A stretch of 64,000 bases of DNA from an uncultured Methanoregulaceae archaeon (GCA_963717525.1 OY970343.1:192001-256000); one strand, 5' to 3'. Shown: positions 10,733-25,860, counted from the stretch's first letter. Notes: generated from the letters alone by a model not told the origin. Made by a program: numbers and translations.

Positions 10733-11776
10733 CTAATCACGAATCCCTGCCACCAACTTTGCACGTGCATATTCGGCAGGATCGATCCCCCGGGACTGGT
10801 TTACCACCGATTCTAGGGCCACTGGCGCGATCCGGTTTCCCCGGACTCCGACCATGCAACCGAAGTTTCTGGTGTGGATCTGGTCTACTGCCGCTATCCC
10901 GAGGCGGGTGGCAAGGATCCGGTCCTGGGCAGTCGGGCTCCCCCCCCGTTGGACGTGACCGAGCACGGTCACCCGCGTTTCGATCCCCATCCTCCGTTCC
11001 AGTTCTTTTCCCAGAAAATTTCCGATACCGACAAATTTTTCGTGGCCGCATTCATCCCGGTCGCATTCCGGTATTGTTGTGCCGGCAATATCCTCGTGGC
11101 GCGTCCCCTCGGCCACGACAACAATCGAGAATTTTTTCCCTGCACGATGCCGTGCATCGAGGGACTGGCAGATCTCCTCCATGGATACGCGCACTTCCGG
11201 CACGAGAATCTGATCTGCACCTCCGGCCATGCCGGCCGCAAGCGCGATCCGGCCGGACCTGCGCCCCATCACTTCGAGTACCATGATCCGGTGATGAGAT
11301 TCTGCGGTGGTATGGAGACGGTCGATGGCCTCGGTGACCGTAGAGACCGCCGTGTCAAATCCTATGGTGACATCAGTCCCGAAAATATCGTTATCTATTG
11401 TCTTGGGGATCCCCACCAGAGGGACACCCCGGGATGATACTTCGTGTGCGGCGCGGAGTGTGCCATCGCCTCCGATAACCACGAGGGCATCGATGCCCTG
11501 CGTACTAATCGTACGCTTGAGGGATTTGATATCGTCGGAATTTTTCAACGGGTCGGTGCGGGAGGACCCAAGGATCGTCCCTCCCCACGAGATTATCCCG
11601 GAGATTGCATGATCCGAAAGCGGTACGGTATCGTTTGTGATAAGGCCCTGCCACCCGTTCCGTATCCCAATGACTTTCAATCCGCTTGCGATCCCGCTGC
11701 GCACGACCGCCCGAATTGCCGCATTGAGGCCGGGGCAGTCCCCTCCCCCGGTCAACACGCCGATTTTTCCTGTCAT
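10733..11776 (-). CDS. pfkA: 6-phosphofructokinase, PfkA family
   Basis: TGGGDCPGLN, GGTILGSSR, GGDGT, PKTIDND, EVMGR, LGHVQRGG. Confidence 0.92.
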   Translation of the reverse strand: MTGKIGVLTGGGDCPGLNAAIRAVVRSGIASGLKVIGIRNGWQGLITNDTVPLSDHAISGIISWGGTILGSSRTDPLKNSDDIKSLKRTISTQGIDALVVIGGDGTLRAAHEVSSRGVPLVGIPKTIDNDIFGTDVTIGFDTAVSTVTEAIDRLHTTAESHHRIMVLEVMGRRSGRIALAAGMAGGADQILVPEVRVSMEEICQSLDARHRAGKKFSIVVVAEGTRHEDIAGTTIPECDRDECGHEKFVGIGNFLGKELERRMGIETRVTVLGHVQRGGSPTAQDRILATRLGIAAVDQIHTRNFGCMVGVRGNRIAPVALESVVNQSRGIDPAEYARAKLVAGIRD

Positions 11777-12004
11777 GACCCTCCTCACTGTGCTGGTATG
11801 TGCATTTCGCAGGAGAATATAATGATATTTTGTATACAGCCACAGGCTCCGGCTTGCGGATTATACCGGGAACATCGCGGTTACATGAGTTCCTGATGCA
11901 GGGTCTTCCTATGTAATGAACGACAATGGGGTGCCGTTATTCTTTCAGGGTGGAGAAGGGGGGAAGAAAAGAGCGCCCAGTACCGGTACTCCTTCCCGGT
12001 AATC

Positions 12005-12860
12005 TTATTCCCGGAGCAACGCGATCTTGGACCCGACCGGGACACCGGCTTCATGCGCGACTGGCTGGCATTTTGCCGCCATCAGGAACGCAACGGGAGG
12101 GAGGTCATCCCGTTCAAAAAGAGATTCAAAATTTGCCATTCCTTTTGCGATGACAGACCGTACAGTGTGAAAGGGCGTCTTTGAGGGCGGGCGTTGCCTT
12201 TTCAGGATAGATCCCGATCTCGGCGCTCTCGCAGTTTGTGGTGAGACAATCGACAATACGGTCAAGCCCGAGCATTCTCGCATCATCAAGGGTCGCATCG
12301 TTGAGCGCCGGCCGGGCCTTTACTGCGAGCGTGACATGGGAGCCCCGGGATTTCAGGAACTGGATCAGGAGCCGGTCAAAGACGATCTCCCCGCAGTTGT
12401 CACTGAGGTAGACAACCCTTCCTGTCAGCGGGAGGATCCGTTCAGTGTCATCGATCACCAGCCCTTTTGCGAATTCCTGCCGGAAGAATGTGGAAAAATT
12501 GGTTGTTACCGTATGCCCCTTGACGCCGTAATCAAACGTATTCCCGATCACCGAGGCAAGTACAAAGTCCCGGAAGCTGGAAATGCGGGGCCTGACTTCC
12601 CTGCACACGGCGATTGCTTCTGCATTTCCCTGATCCTTGAGCTCCCGGAACGGATCAGGAGTGTTGAGCATCTCGTACGCTTGACGATGGACGTGGCTTG
12701 CGATCTGGGGATGGCTTAACTGAGTATTTTTCAAAGATAAAAGAAGATGGCGGCAGGAGTCCATGGTCCGTTGTGTCGTCAGGGAATCGGCCCCGGCCAG
12801 CCTGCACTCGAGCTGTACCCGGGAGATAAGGCAATCGATGCATGAGTCCGTAATCTTCAC
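12005..12860 (-). CDS. DUF89/ARMT1-like damage-control phosphatase; +1 frameshift at ~12157
   Basis: C..C N-terminus, GNTFDYG, DNCGEI.FD, LNDAT; C-terminal VIAKGMANFESL..AKC lies in the next frame. Confidence 0.85.
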
Positions 12861-12891
12861 GGTACAACACCACAAAAACAAAGTTTGAAAA

Positions 12892-12965
12892 TGGGGCCAT
12901 CGCGATTTGAACGCGAGTCAGAAGACCCCCAGTCTCCTAGGATGGCCAGGCTACCCTATGGCCCC
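12892..12965 (-). tRNA. tRNA-Pro(GGG)
   Basis: Reverse complement GGGGCCATAGGGTAGCCTGGCCATCCTAGGAGA-CTGGGGG-TCTTCTGACTCGCGTTCAAATCGCGATGGCCCCA folds as a cloverleaf. Confidence 0.93.
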
Positions 12966-13056
12966 GCGGTCTTACTATTCGCTCATATTCCATATCTATC
13001 TTGTTATCCAAGAAAAAGAGAATCATTATTATCCCTTGTGGGGGGGGGGTCGATCC

Positions 13057-13254
13057 TTAGAGGTTGCTGCGCTTGAACTCCTCGACCTTCTGGATCAGGC
13101 TGTCAAGCTCATGATCTGTGATCTTAATCTTTCCTTCGATAGCATTGATCTCGGTCAGGAGCTGCCGGATACGGACATACATCAGGTACATGATGAACTG
13201 CTGGACAACGATCACTGCGCCGAATAATACCACCATGTAACTTTCAAATGCCAT
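13057..13254 (-). CDS. Small membrane-anchored coiled-coil hypothetical protein (65 aa)
   Basis: N-terminal TM helix followed by a heptad-like segment. Confidence 0.65.
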   Translation of the reverse strand: MAFESYMVVLFGAVIVVQQFIMYLMYVRIRQLLTEINAIEGKIKITDHELDSLIQKVEEFKRSNL

Positions 13255-13680
13255 GTGTTCATTCCCGGCGTCCGGGCCCTTCTGATATACGGCTCTGCAA
13301 TCCGCCTACAACCCGCAGCACGTTCTCCTGTCTTGTAAGGCAGGTACAGTGTTTTTCTTCTTTTCCTATAACAGAATTTCCCTTCACCGGCCCGGATAAT
13401 GAAAAATCCCGGGGCTGTGAAATCCTGCGTGAGGCCATTTGTACGACTGTCCCACCAACTGCGATTATCCCACCCCGCTTACTGGTGTAAAAAAACCGGG
13501 ATTTTTATCGGGCCCGGTTTAATTACGGCAGAAGCGGGGTACACATTCTCCGGAACCAGTAGAGCTGGCGTTACTTTCCCGGTAAAGGGATAAATTGACC
13601 CGAAATAAAAAAGATATGTATATATGGTGTCACCAGTTATTATGAAATACAGCGGATAGTGCGCCACAGGAGCCACGGGC

Positions 13681-14040
13681 ATGCTAAAGGATAAAATTGC
13701 GGCATTTGTCGAAAAAATACGAGCGGTCGAAGGGGTGACCGCATGCGCCCTTGTTTCACGTGATGGCATCATTGCCGGGAAATATTTTGACCGTGATCTT
13801 AACGAACCATGGTTTGGCGCTCTCGCTGCCACTATTCTTGCATCCGCTGAGTCGGCAGGAAATCTTATCGGCATGAAATCCCTCGGGACTGTCTCGATCT
13901 TCGGGGCAGATTCATCCATTCTTATCATGGGCGCAGGGGAGCATTTCCTTGTCGCCGCGCTCATAAAAGGCGGCGCACAGCAAAAAGATGCGTGTTTGCG
14001 GATTCATGCCCTCGCTGCAGAAATTGGGCAGGTGATGTAA
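13681..14040 (+). CDS. Roadblock/LC7 (MglB-like) domain protein
   Basis: VEGVTACALVSRDGIIA...FGALAATILASAE. Confidence 0.85.
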   Translation: MLKDKIAAFVEKIRAVEGVTACALVSRDGIIAGKYFDRDLNEPWFGALAATILASAESAGNLIGMKSLGTVSIFGADSSILIMGAGEHFLVAALIKGGAQQKDACLRIHALAAEIGQVM

Positions 14041-14670
14041 TTGTATACAATTCTTGTAGTGGATGACAGTCCCTTTATTGTCGATGTCTTTGTCACGATG
14101 CTTGAACGGGGGGGATACCGCACCGTGGCCGCATATGGCGGTGAGGAGTGTCTGGGGATCCTGAAAACCGTGACTCCGGATCTCATCCTCCTTGATATCA
14201 TGATGGAGCCGATGGACGGATGGGAGACGCTGGAGAAGATCAAGGAGAACCCGGCGACGAAGGATATCCCCGTGCTCATGCTCACGGCAAAACAGCTGAC
14301 CCCAACAGAGGCGGAGGAATATGGAATCTTTATCGAGGATTACGTCCTCAAGCCCATCACTCACCGTGAGCTTTACGATGCGATCGAGCATGTGCTCGGC
14401 CGGCGGCAGACCCTCAGGACCGACATGGACCGGGCCCGGCAATCCGGGGTTGATTTTGATATTGTCAACGAATACGCCCTGCTCTCGAAAAGCATTGATG
14501 TCAATAAACGCCTGATGAAGATCCTCGAAACGACCTACAATTTTAATGATTCAAAAATCCGGATCAGCGATGATATCTCACGGGCGTTAAAAAACATGGA
14601 TACCAACATCAAGTTCCAGGAAGCCCGGCTCCTGCAAATTAAAGGAGAACTGGCCGGGAAGATCCAGTGA
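14041..14670 (+). CDS. Response regulator (REC plus helical C-terminus)
   Basis: ILVVDD, LLDIMMEPMDGWE, MLTAK, VLKP; TTG start directly after the roadblock stop. Confidence 0.9.
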   Translation: MYTILVVDDSPFIVDVFVTMLERGGYRTVAAYGGEECLGILKTVTPDLILLDIMMEPMDGWETLEKIKENPATKDIPVLMLTAKQLTPTEAEEYGIFIEDYVLKPITHRELYDAIEHVLGRRQTLRTDMDRARQSGVDFDIVNEYALLSKSIDVNKRLMKILETTYNFNDSKIRISDDISRALKNMDTNIKFQEARLLQIKGELAGKIQ

Positions 14671-14814
14671 GGGTTCACGCTGGGGGACAAAGAGCAACAC
14701 CAATAAACATTTGAATAATATTGCCCCCATCTAATAGTTATACGGCATTGGCTCCCTGCGCCTTTGGTAATTGATGTACCCTGCATGTAAATCCACGGAT
14801 GATGGAGATTTTGT

Positions 14815-15462
14815 ATGAATGCGACTATCCTGATTGTTGACGATAGCCCGTTCATCGTGGATGGACTTGCGGCTATTCTTTCCCGTAAAGAGTACACACC
14901 CGTCTGTGCCAATGGTGGGGAAGAATGTCTTTCGATCCTCAAGACCGTGACTCCGGATCTTATCCTCCTTGACATCATGATGGAGCCGATGGACGGGTGG
15001 GAGACCCTTGAAAAGATCCGGGAGAACCCGGCCACAAAAGATATCCCGGTCCTGATGTTCTCGGCAAAGAAGATCACTCCTGCCGAAGCCCGGGAGCACA
15101 GCATGAGCATCGATGACTTTGTCTCAAAACCGGTAAGCCCCTCGCAGCTTCTTGAATCGATCCAACGGATTTTCTCCCGCAGGAACGAACTCCTGCTGGA
15201 ACGGCTTGCTGCACAGGACAAAGGTATTGACGCGGCGATGATCGATGAATATACTGCTCTCCGCAAAAATATCGAGGTCGACCGGAACCTGCTTGCAGTG
15301 CTGCGTGCATCGAGCGGGATGGACGTTCCCGGCCGCAATGTCCCCCATGAGGATGTCGATGCGATCCGGAACCTGGAAGATAAGGTATACAAAGAGAAAC
15401 AGCGGTTGCAAGAGATCCACATCCTGCTCGAAAAAATGCCCGAACTCATGCAGGGAAATTGA
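14815..15462 (+). CDS. Response regulator, paralog of 14041-14670
   Basis: ILIVDD, LLDIMMEPMDGWE, FVSKP. Confidence 0.9.
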   Translation: MNATILIVDDSPFIVDGLAAILSRKEYTPVCANGGEECLSILKTVTPDLILLDIMMEPMDGWETLEKIRENPATKDIPVLMFSAKKITPAEAREHSMSIDDFVSKPVSPSQLLESIQRIFSRRNELLLERLAAQDKGIDAAMIDEYTALRKNIEVDRNLLAVLRASSGMDVPGRNVPHEDVDAIRNLEDKVYKEKQRLQEIHILLEKMPELMQGN

Positions 15463-15532
15463 GTCCAGATAATTAGAGGTAACATTTAAATATTTTTCTT
15501 GCATTGTTATAATGCTGTACATCTTATTCCCG

Positions 15533-15606
15533 GGGTTCGTAACTCAGTTCGGTAGAGCGCCTGGCTTTTAACCAGGTGGTCGGGGGTTCAAATCCCTCCG
15601 GGCCCG
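15533..15606 (+). tRNA. tRNA-Lys(TTT)
   Basis: GGGTTCG..CCTGG-CTTTTAA-CCAGG..GGTTCAAATCC..CGGGCCCG; TATA TTTAAATA at 15485-15492; one D-stem mismatch. Confidence 0.93.
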
Positions 15607-15682
15607 TTACCACGACCAATCGTGGATTTTTTGCGGTGATGCATCTGAGAGGCAATCGTTTCAACTTTAAGGGGGTTTTTCA

Positions 15683-15934
15683 TTGAGCACCAAACTGAAT
15701 GTGTTGAGCCACGTAATGGTGCCGGATCACCAGCTCATGAGCGAGGAGGAGGTATCAGCGCTGCTCTCCCGTTACCATATTACTACGGAACAATTACCAA
15801 AAATCTACCATGACGATCCTGCTGTAAAAGCGATCGACGCAAAAGTCGATGACGTTATACGGATTATCCGGAAGAGTCATACCGCCGGCAGGGCCGAAGC
15901 GTACCGACTTGTTATCAGGAGACCCAAAAAATAA
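15683..15934 (+). CDS. rpoH: RNA polymerase subunit H (Rpo5)
   Basis: HVMVPDH...[12 protein letters not shown]...[15 protein letters not shown]. Confidence 0.96.
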   Translation: MSTKLNVLSHVMVPDHQLMSEEEVSALLSRYHITTEQLPKIYHDDPAVKAIDAKVDDVIRIIRKSHTAGRAEAYRLVIRRPKK

Positions 15935-15943
15935 GGGCCGGGG

Positions 15944-17513
15944 TTGGTCTATCTGATTGACAGAAGCGTTTTATCGAGGGCATACTTTGCACGGGAGCAT
16001 GTTGCGCGCCACCAGCTTGACTCCTTTAATTATTTCCTGACAGAAAATCTTCAGAAAGTGGTCAATGAACAGAAGATCATCGAGACCGACATCGAGAACC
16101 GGGGCAGGAACAATGATCCGGTCTGGGTCGAACTCGGCAATATCGAAGTAAAAAAACCACTCGTGCGTGAGGCAGACGGATCGCAGGGCGAACTGTATCC
16201 GAGCGAAGCGCGCCTGCGCAACCTCACCTATGCGGCTCCGATCCAGCTCGGTTTGACGCTTGTGCATGGGGAGGACCGGCAGGAGCCGATCGTCACGACC
16301 ATCGGGCAGCTGCCCATCATGGTCGGGTCGGTCGCCTGCAATCTGTACGGCATGAGCGATGATGAGCGCGTCTCACACGGGGAGGACGCGTTTGACCCGG
16401 GCGCTTATTTCATTGTGAATGGTACCGAGCGCGTGCTCATGACCCTTGAGGATCTTGCCTCAAACAAGATCATGACCGAGTTCACCGAGCGATACAACGA
16501 GCGTATCTACGTTGCAAAAGTATTCTCGCAGTTCCGGGGATACCGTGCGCTCGTGGTTGTCGAACGCAACAAGAAGAACCTCCTTGAGGTTTCGTTCCCC
16601 TCTGTCGCCGGGCACCTGAAATTCGTCGACCTGATGCGTGCACTGGGCATGACCAACGACCAGGAGGTCGTGAACGCGGTCTCAACAGATGAGGATATCC
16701 TCACCTTCATGATGCAGAACCTCGAAGAGAGCGAATGCGACTCTGTCGAGGGTGGCGTCATGTACGTGGGGAAGAAACTCGCCCCCAACCAGACCAAGGA
16801 TTACCAGAAGAAACGCGCCGAGTTCGTACTTGACAACTACCTGCTCCCGCATCTCAACTATGCGCTGCCCGGCGACCCTCAAGGAAGGCGACGAGGGCTA
16901 TGCTGAGGCAGTCGCCTCTGTCCGGCTCGCAAAGGCCCACTTCCTCGGCCGCATGGCCGAGGCCTGTTTCGATCTTGTCCTGAACAAGCGCAGGATCGAT
17001 GACAAGGATCATTACTCCAACAAGAGGCTCAAGCTTGCGGGCGACCTCATGGAGGATCTCTTCCGTATTTCGCTCAACCGTCTGACCCGGGACATCAAGT
17101 ACCAGCTCGAGCGGGCGAGCATGCGGCACCGCGACCTTTCGATTGCAACGGCAGTGAGGGCCGATGTGCTCACAGAAAGGCTGCTCCACCCGCTTGCCAC
17201 CGGTAACTGGGTGGGCGGGAGGACCGGTGTCTCCCAGCTTCTTGACCGGGTCGATCACATGGCCGTACTCTCGCACCTGCGCCGCGTCATCTCCCCACTC
17301 TCGCGTTCCCAGCCTCATTTCGAGGCCCGTGACCTGCACCCGACCCAGTGGGGCCGGATCTGCCCGAGCGAAACTCCTGAAGGGCCGAACTGCGGCCTCG
17401 TGAAAAACTTCGCGCAGATGGTCGAGATCAGCAAGGGTGTCAACGATGAAGAGGAGATCATGCGCATCCTGCATTCTCTCGATGTCGAGCACATCCGGGG
17501 TGAGGCAAAATGA
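15944..17513 (+). CDS. rpoB2: RNA polymerase subunit B''; +1 frameshift at ~16870
   Basis: [21 protein letters not shown]; second frame carries [11 protein letters not shown] and [16 protein letters not shown]. Confidence 0.95.
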
Positions 17514-19324
17514 AGAAGTCACGCGTATTCGTTGACGGGGCCCTGATTGGCCTTGTCGACGATCCTAAAACCCTTGTCGATAATATTCGTTCCATGCGCC
17601 GGCAGGGGGCCATCTCGTCCGAGGTCAATGTCTCGTTCAAGGACTTCAACGGCGATGTGGTTCTCCTCACCGACCGCGGCCGTGCACGCCGTCCCCTGAT
17701 CGTCCTCAAAGACGGCAAGACCCTTATCAGTGACGAGGATATCAAGAAACTCGCTAAAGGTGAGATTGACTTCTCACATTTCGTGCAGCGGGGTCTGATC
17801 GAGTTCGTAGATGCCGAGGAAGAAGAAGACCTCTTCATTGCCATGAACCCTGCCAATATCACGCCGGCACACACACACCTCGAGATCGACCCCTCGCTGA
17901 TCCTTGGGATCGGTGCGGCGCACGTCCCGTTCCCGGAGCACAATGCAAGTCCGCGTGTGACGATGGGTGCAGGGATGGTCAAGCAGGCGCTCGGGTTTGG
18001 CGCGGCAAACATGAAGCTCCGTCCCGATACCCGGGGCCACCTGCTTCACTATGTACAAAAGCCGCTCACCCATACCCAGACATCAGAGCTCATCGGGTCG
18101 GACGACAGGCCTGCCGGGCAGAACTTCGTGGTTGCCATCCTCTCGTATGAAGGCTATAACATCGAAGATGCGCTCATCTTCAACAAGGCCTCGATCGACC
18201 GGGGTCTCGGGCGCTCGCACTTTTTCAGGACTTACGAAGGCGAAGAGCGCCGGTACCCGGGCGGCCAGATCGACCGGATAGAAGTGCCGGATGAGGACGT
18301 AAGCGGTGCCCACGGTGCGGAGTCGTACAAGAACCTCGATGAGGACGGCGTGATTAACCCCGAAACGATCGTCGCGGAAAAAGATGTCCTGATAGGGAAG
18401 ACCTCGCCGCCACGTTTTCTCGAAGAACCCTCCGGCGAGCTCATTGCCGTAGAGAAGCGCCGCGACACGTCGGTCACGATGCGCAGTAACGAGCATGGCA
18501 TCGTGGACACGGTCATTATCACCGAAGGCGAGAACAGCTCGCGTCTCGTCAAGGTACGGACCCGCGACCTGCGGGTGCCGGAGATCGGTGACAAGTTCGC
18601 GTCAAGGCACGGGCAGAAAGGGGTCATCGGCCTCATCTCAAACCAGGAGGACATGCCCTTTACCGAGAGCGGGCTCTCGCCCGATCTCGTCATCAACCCC
18701 CACGCGATCCCGAGCCGCATGACCATCGGGCACATGCTCGAGATGATCGGCGGCAAGGTCGGGGCACTCGAAGGCCGGCGCATCAACGGCACCGCATTTT
18801 CCGGCGAGAGCGAGGCCGACCTCCGCGCATCGCTCAAGAGCCTCGGGTACTCGCACACCGGCCGTGAAGTGATGTACGATGGTATCACCGGCAAAGCGTT
18901 CAAGGCTGATATCTACATCGGCGTGATCTACTACCAGAAACTGTACCATATGGTTTCCTCCAAGATGCACGCCCGGTCCCGTGGGCCGGTACAGGTGCTT
19001 ACCCGCCAACCGACCGAAGGCCGTGCCCGTGAAGGAGGTCTTCGGTTCGGTGAGATGGAGCGTGATGTCATGATCGGCCACGGTGCCGCCATGGCCTTGA
19101 AGGAGCGGCTGCTCGACGAATCGGACAAGGTCCAGGAATATGTCTGTGCCCACTGCGGGATGGTGGCGATGCTTGACCGCAAGCGTAACATGACCCGGTG
19201 CCTTGCCTGCGGCAATGAGACCGATATCTACCCGGTCGAGATGAGCTACGCATTCAAGCTCCTGCTGGATGAGATGAAGAGCATGGGGATAGCACCCCGC
19301 CTGAGATTAGAGGACGTCGTATAG
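17510..19324 (+). CDS. rpoB1: RNA polymerase subunit B'
   Basis: [39 protein letters not shown]. Confidence 0.97.
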   Translation: MKKSRVFVDGALIGLVDDPKTLVDNIRSMRRQGAISSEVNVSFKDFNGDVVLLTDRGRARRPLIVLKDGKTLISDEDIKKLAKGEIDFSHFVQRGLIEFVDAEEEEDLFIAMNPANITPAHTHLEIDPSLILGIGAAHVPFPEHNASPRVTMGAGMVKQALGFGAANMKLRPDTRGHLLHYVQKPLTHTQTSELIGSDDRPAGQNFVVAILSYEGYNIEDALIFNKASIDRGLGRSHFFRTYEGEERRYPGGQIDRIEVPDEDVSGAHGAESYKNLDEDGVINPETIVAEKDVLIGKTSPPRFLEEPSGELIAVEKRRDTSVTMRSNEHGIVDTVIITEGENSSRLVKVRTRDLRVPEIGDKFASRHGQKGVIGLISNQEDMPFTESGLSPDLVINPHAIPSRMTIGHMLEMIGGKVGALEGRRINGTAFSGESEADLRASLKSLGYSHTGREVMYDGITGKAFKADIYIGVIYYQKLYHMVSSKMHARSRGPVQVLTRQPTEGRAREGGLRFGEMERDVMIGHGAAMALKERLLDESDKVQEYVCAHCGMVAMLDRKRNMTRCLACGNETDIYPVEMSYAFKLLLDEMKSMGIAPRLRLEDVV

Positions 19325-19334
19325 GAGGTGCGTC

Positions 19335-23153
<3,819 letters not shown>

Positions 23154-23197
23154 CGACAAAACCAAAAATAACCAACCAAATTTAAGGAGAATTGCAG

Positions 23198-23491
23198 ATG
23201 GATTTTAATGCTTCATTAAGAAGAGCGATCAAGACCGGAAATGTCATTCTCGGTCAGAACAACACGGAAAAATGCATAAAAGAGGGCAAGGCCCAGATGG
23301 TCGTCGTGGCGGCAAACTGCCCGGAGAACTTTAAAAACCAGCTTGGCAGCTATGAAAACCTCTTCATCCATACGTTTGAGGGTTCAAGCGTGGCGCTCGG
23401 CAAAGCCTGTGGTAAACCGTTCATGGTGAGCACGCTCGCCATTGTCAGCCCCGGCGAGTCAGATATTCTCTCCCTGAAGAGGACGGCATGA
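23198..23491 (+). CDS. rpl30e: 50S ribosomal protein L30e
   Basis: AIKTGNVILG...LGKACGKPF...GESDIL. Confidence 0.95.
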   Translation: MDFNASLRRAIKTGNVILGQNNTEKCIKEGKAQMVVVAANCPENFKNQLGSYENLFIHTFEGSSVALGKACGKPFMVSTLAIVSPGESDILSLKRTA

Positions 23492-23492
23492 T

Positions 23493-23963
23493 ATGGTCGA
23501 AGTCAAGCTGACCGAAGACTGCATGCGCCTGATCTCCCAGTTCGAGTCGCTGACCGGGGCAGGAAGCCGCGACTGTGTCATCGATGAAAGGAACGAGAGA
23601 CTCATCTTTGTCGTCAACCCCGGGGACATGGGGCTTGCGATCGGCAAAAAGGGTGCGTCCATCAAGAAGGCGTCCGAAGTGATGGGAAAGAAGATCGAGG
23701 TTGTTGAGTATAACAGCAACCCCGAGCAGTTCCTGAAAAACTGTTTCCTCCCGGCACAGGTGACCAGTATCGTCTTTACCGGTGAACCGGGTGCACAGGC
23801 AGCCACGGTTGAAGTCCGTGACGAGGACCGGGGCATTGCTATCGGTAAAGATGGCAAGAATATCTTCAAGGCAAAGAAACTGGCCCTGCGTCAGCACAAC
23901 ATCGTGGACGTGCAGATCCTCCAGAAGCCGGCGGACAGCGAAGAATCCGCTGCCATGCAGTAA
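23493..23963 (+). CDS. nusA: Archaeal NusA-like KH protein
   Basis: GLAIGKKG and GIAIGKDGKNI KH motifs; position after L30e. Confidence 0.93.
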   Translation: MVEVKLTEDCMRLISQFESLTGAGSRDCVIDERNERLIFVVNPGDMGLAIGKKGASIKKASEVMGKKIEVVEYNSNPEQFLKNCFLPAQVTSIVFTGEPGAQAATVEVRDEDRGIAIGKDGKNIFKAKKLALRQHNIVDVQILQKPADSEESAAMQ

Positions 23964-24074
23964 CCTCCTTTTTTCGTGGTAACCCGTTTTTCGGTCATAT
24001 CCCCACCAGTCGCTATCGGCTTTGGCCAGTTAAGGATCGTATCCCTTCATTTGTTACGGGGAAAAAGAGAACGA

Positions 24075-24149
24075 CGGGCCTGGGGGGATTTGAACCCCCG
24101 ACATCCGGGTTAGAAGCCCGGCGCTATGTCCAAGCTAAGCCACAAGCCC
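24075..24149 (-). tRNA. tRNA-Arg(TCT)
   Basis: Reverse complement GGGCTTGTGGCTTAGCTTGGACATAGCGCCGGG-CTTCTAA-CCCGGATGTCGGGGGTTCAAATCCCCCCAGGCCCG. Confidence 0.94.
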
Positions 24150-24312
24150 ACGTGGTGCCTCTTAGATTCGTGTTCCGGGCTAATTAATCTGTGTCATGAC
24201 CCGGTGAGTTTCTGATCACTCCTTATTGCCGGGGCCTGAAGGGCCGCATCCCGCTCAGTCAACGAGTTTGTGTAATAAAAAAGAAAACCGGTGTGAGATA
24301 CCTGCATGACCT

Positions 24313-24711
24313 TCAACCGGCATGATAGCATGAGGACTTGAGCACTTCTACCTGGGTAGGATCACAGAGACCTTTATGGAAAACTCCTTTTACCAACGAC
24401 GAGGAGCAGTATTTCACCTGAACCCGGGCTGACATTCGTTCCCGTTCCTCGTAATAAACGCCCTGTGAGTACTCCACGATCCGTTTCATGGAGATCACTG
24501 ACGAGAGAAGATCGACGCAGATCCCGGTGTCCCCCGGGCCTAGGTCTTCGATATCGGTTGAGGTCATGAAGATACGGACCTTGGGCCCGGGTTCGACACC
24601 GGCGATTGTTACAATGTTATGGGTACTCTGAAGTTCGATGGTGCGGGGTCTCCCCGACCGGAGATCCCGGATCACTTCTGGCGATATTCCGGTTAACGCA
24701 GCGCACTTCAT
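24313..24711 (-). CDS. DUF473-like conserved archaeal protein
   Basis: ALTGIS...RTIELQSTHN...EERE pattern; directly follows the PAC2 gene. Confidence 0.75.
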   Translation of the reverse strand: MKCAALTGISPEVIRDLRSGRPRTIELQSTHNIVTIAGVEPGPKVRIFMTSTDIEDLGPGDTGICVDLLSSVISMKRIVEYSQGVYYEERERMSARVQVKYCSSSLVKGVFHKGLCDPTQVEVLKSSCYHAG

Positions 24712-24715
24712 AAGG

Positions 24716-25447
24716 TCACCCGTACATCGGCAGATCTTTTTTCGGCGTCGTGTCATCTGCGGACTGCTGAACTTCCTCGGAGATCCGGTGCATGCTCTGC
24801 TCGATCTCCTCGGCCTGCTCAAGGAGTGGCTTGACATCGAGACCGAGGTTGTACATCTTGTTGAGCACCTCGATGGTCGCCGCGGACGAGCGCGGATCCG
24901 GAGCGTTTACGGTCTCCCCAAGGAGGCCAAACCCCGGGATGCCCCGGATCTTGCATCCTGTCAGGATACTGGATGCTATACCAGAAATGCTCCCGATGGG
25001 AAGCACGAGCGTATGATCCTGGATCCGCTGGAGTGCATCAGTTGTCGTCGCCACGCCAAACACGCGCTTCTCCGATTCGTTGGTGACGATGCCGGCGATA
25101 GTGAGTACCTCCTTCGGCTTGTACTGGACGAGCCAGTCAAGGATGCCGGTCGAGATCTCGTAGCAGATCATGGGGTGGATAGGGATATCGGCAACGATGG
25201 CGGTGATATCGTTTTTCATGTACAGCCGTACGGGATCGTTTATCACGCCTTTGTTCATCATGGCAAGGGGGGGAAAGTACCGGGAGGTCATGGTGCCAAC
25301 AAGCTCGAACTCGAGCTGGTCGACCATGTACTGGAGCGCAATCGTGCCGACAAGCCCGCTCCCGGGAAACCCCATCAGCACCGCAGCGCCCTCTCCGGGT
25401 GGCGGATTTGCAAAAATCGTGAGGTCATGCGATGAGTCTGTCGTCAT
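24716..25447 (-). CDS. Proteasome assembly chaperone (PAC2) family, second paralog
   Basis: GFPGSGLVGTIA...LLGET...PDPRSSA; C-terminal MYG HbYX-like motif. Confidence 0.88.
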   Translation of the reverse strand: MTTDSSHDLTIFANPPPGEGAAVLMGFPGSGLVGTIALQYMVDQLEFELVGTMTSRYFPPLAMMNKGVINDPVRLYMKNDITAIVADIPIHPMICYEISTGILDWLVQYKPKEVLTIAGIVTNESEKRVFGVATTTDALQRIQDHTLVLPIGSISGIASSILTGCKIRGIPGFGLLGETVNAPDPRSSAATIEVLNKMYNLGLDVKPLLEQAEEIEQSMHRISEEVQQSADDTTPKKDLPMYG

Positions 25448-25482
25448 TAAGTTAACATACACGCACTACCTAAAAAAATAGT

Positions 25483-25800
25483 ATGCAGGAGTACTCCATC
25501 AAAAGAGGCCTGACAAAAGATCTCGATCAAAGAATTGTCGCTGAACTCAGGAACTGTTTCGAGGTAGAACCGGAAAAAATCGCAAACTCATACCGGATCC
25601 GGTTCGGGGCCCTGAAAAAGCTGGAGGCGACACCCGGTGCCGGGGGAAAGACCCTTCGCGTAAATACCGAGTCTGATACAGCGGCAAGCGACGAGGTCAT
25701 TATCGACACGAATAAAAGATTCAGGAAATTCCTGGACGCGGCGACTGGATTCTCCACCAAGGAACGGGTGAAGCGGGCAAAGAGCGTAGAAGGAGAATAA
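25483..25800 (+). CDS. Conserved methanogen protein (DUF5611-like)
   Basis: MQEYSIKRG...FGALK...FL..ATGF.TKER.K. Confidence 0.7.
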   Translation: MQEYSIKRGLTKDLDQRIVAELRNCFEVEPEKIANSYRIRFGALKKLEATPGAGGKTLRVNTESDTAASDEVIIDTNKRFRKFLDAATGFSTKERVKRAKSVEGE

Positions 25801-25860
25801 CCTTCCACCCCCCCGCTTTTTGCTGCCGGAGGTTTCCCGGGTGGCACGTTGCCGATGCGT

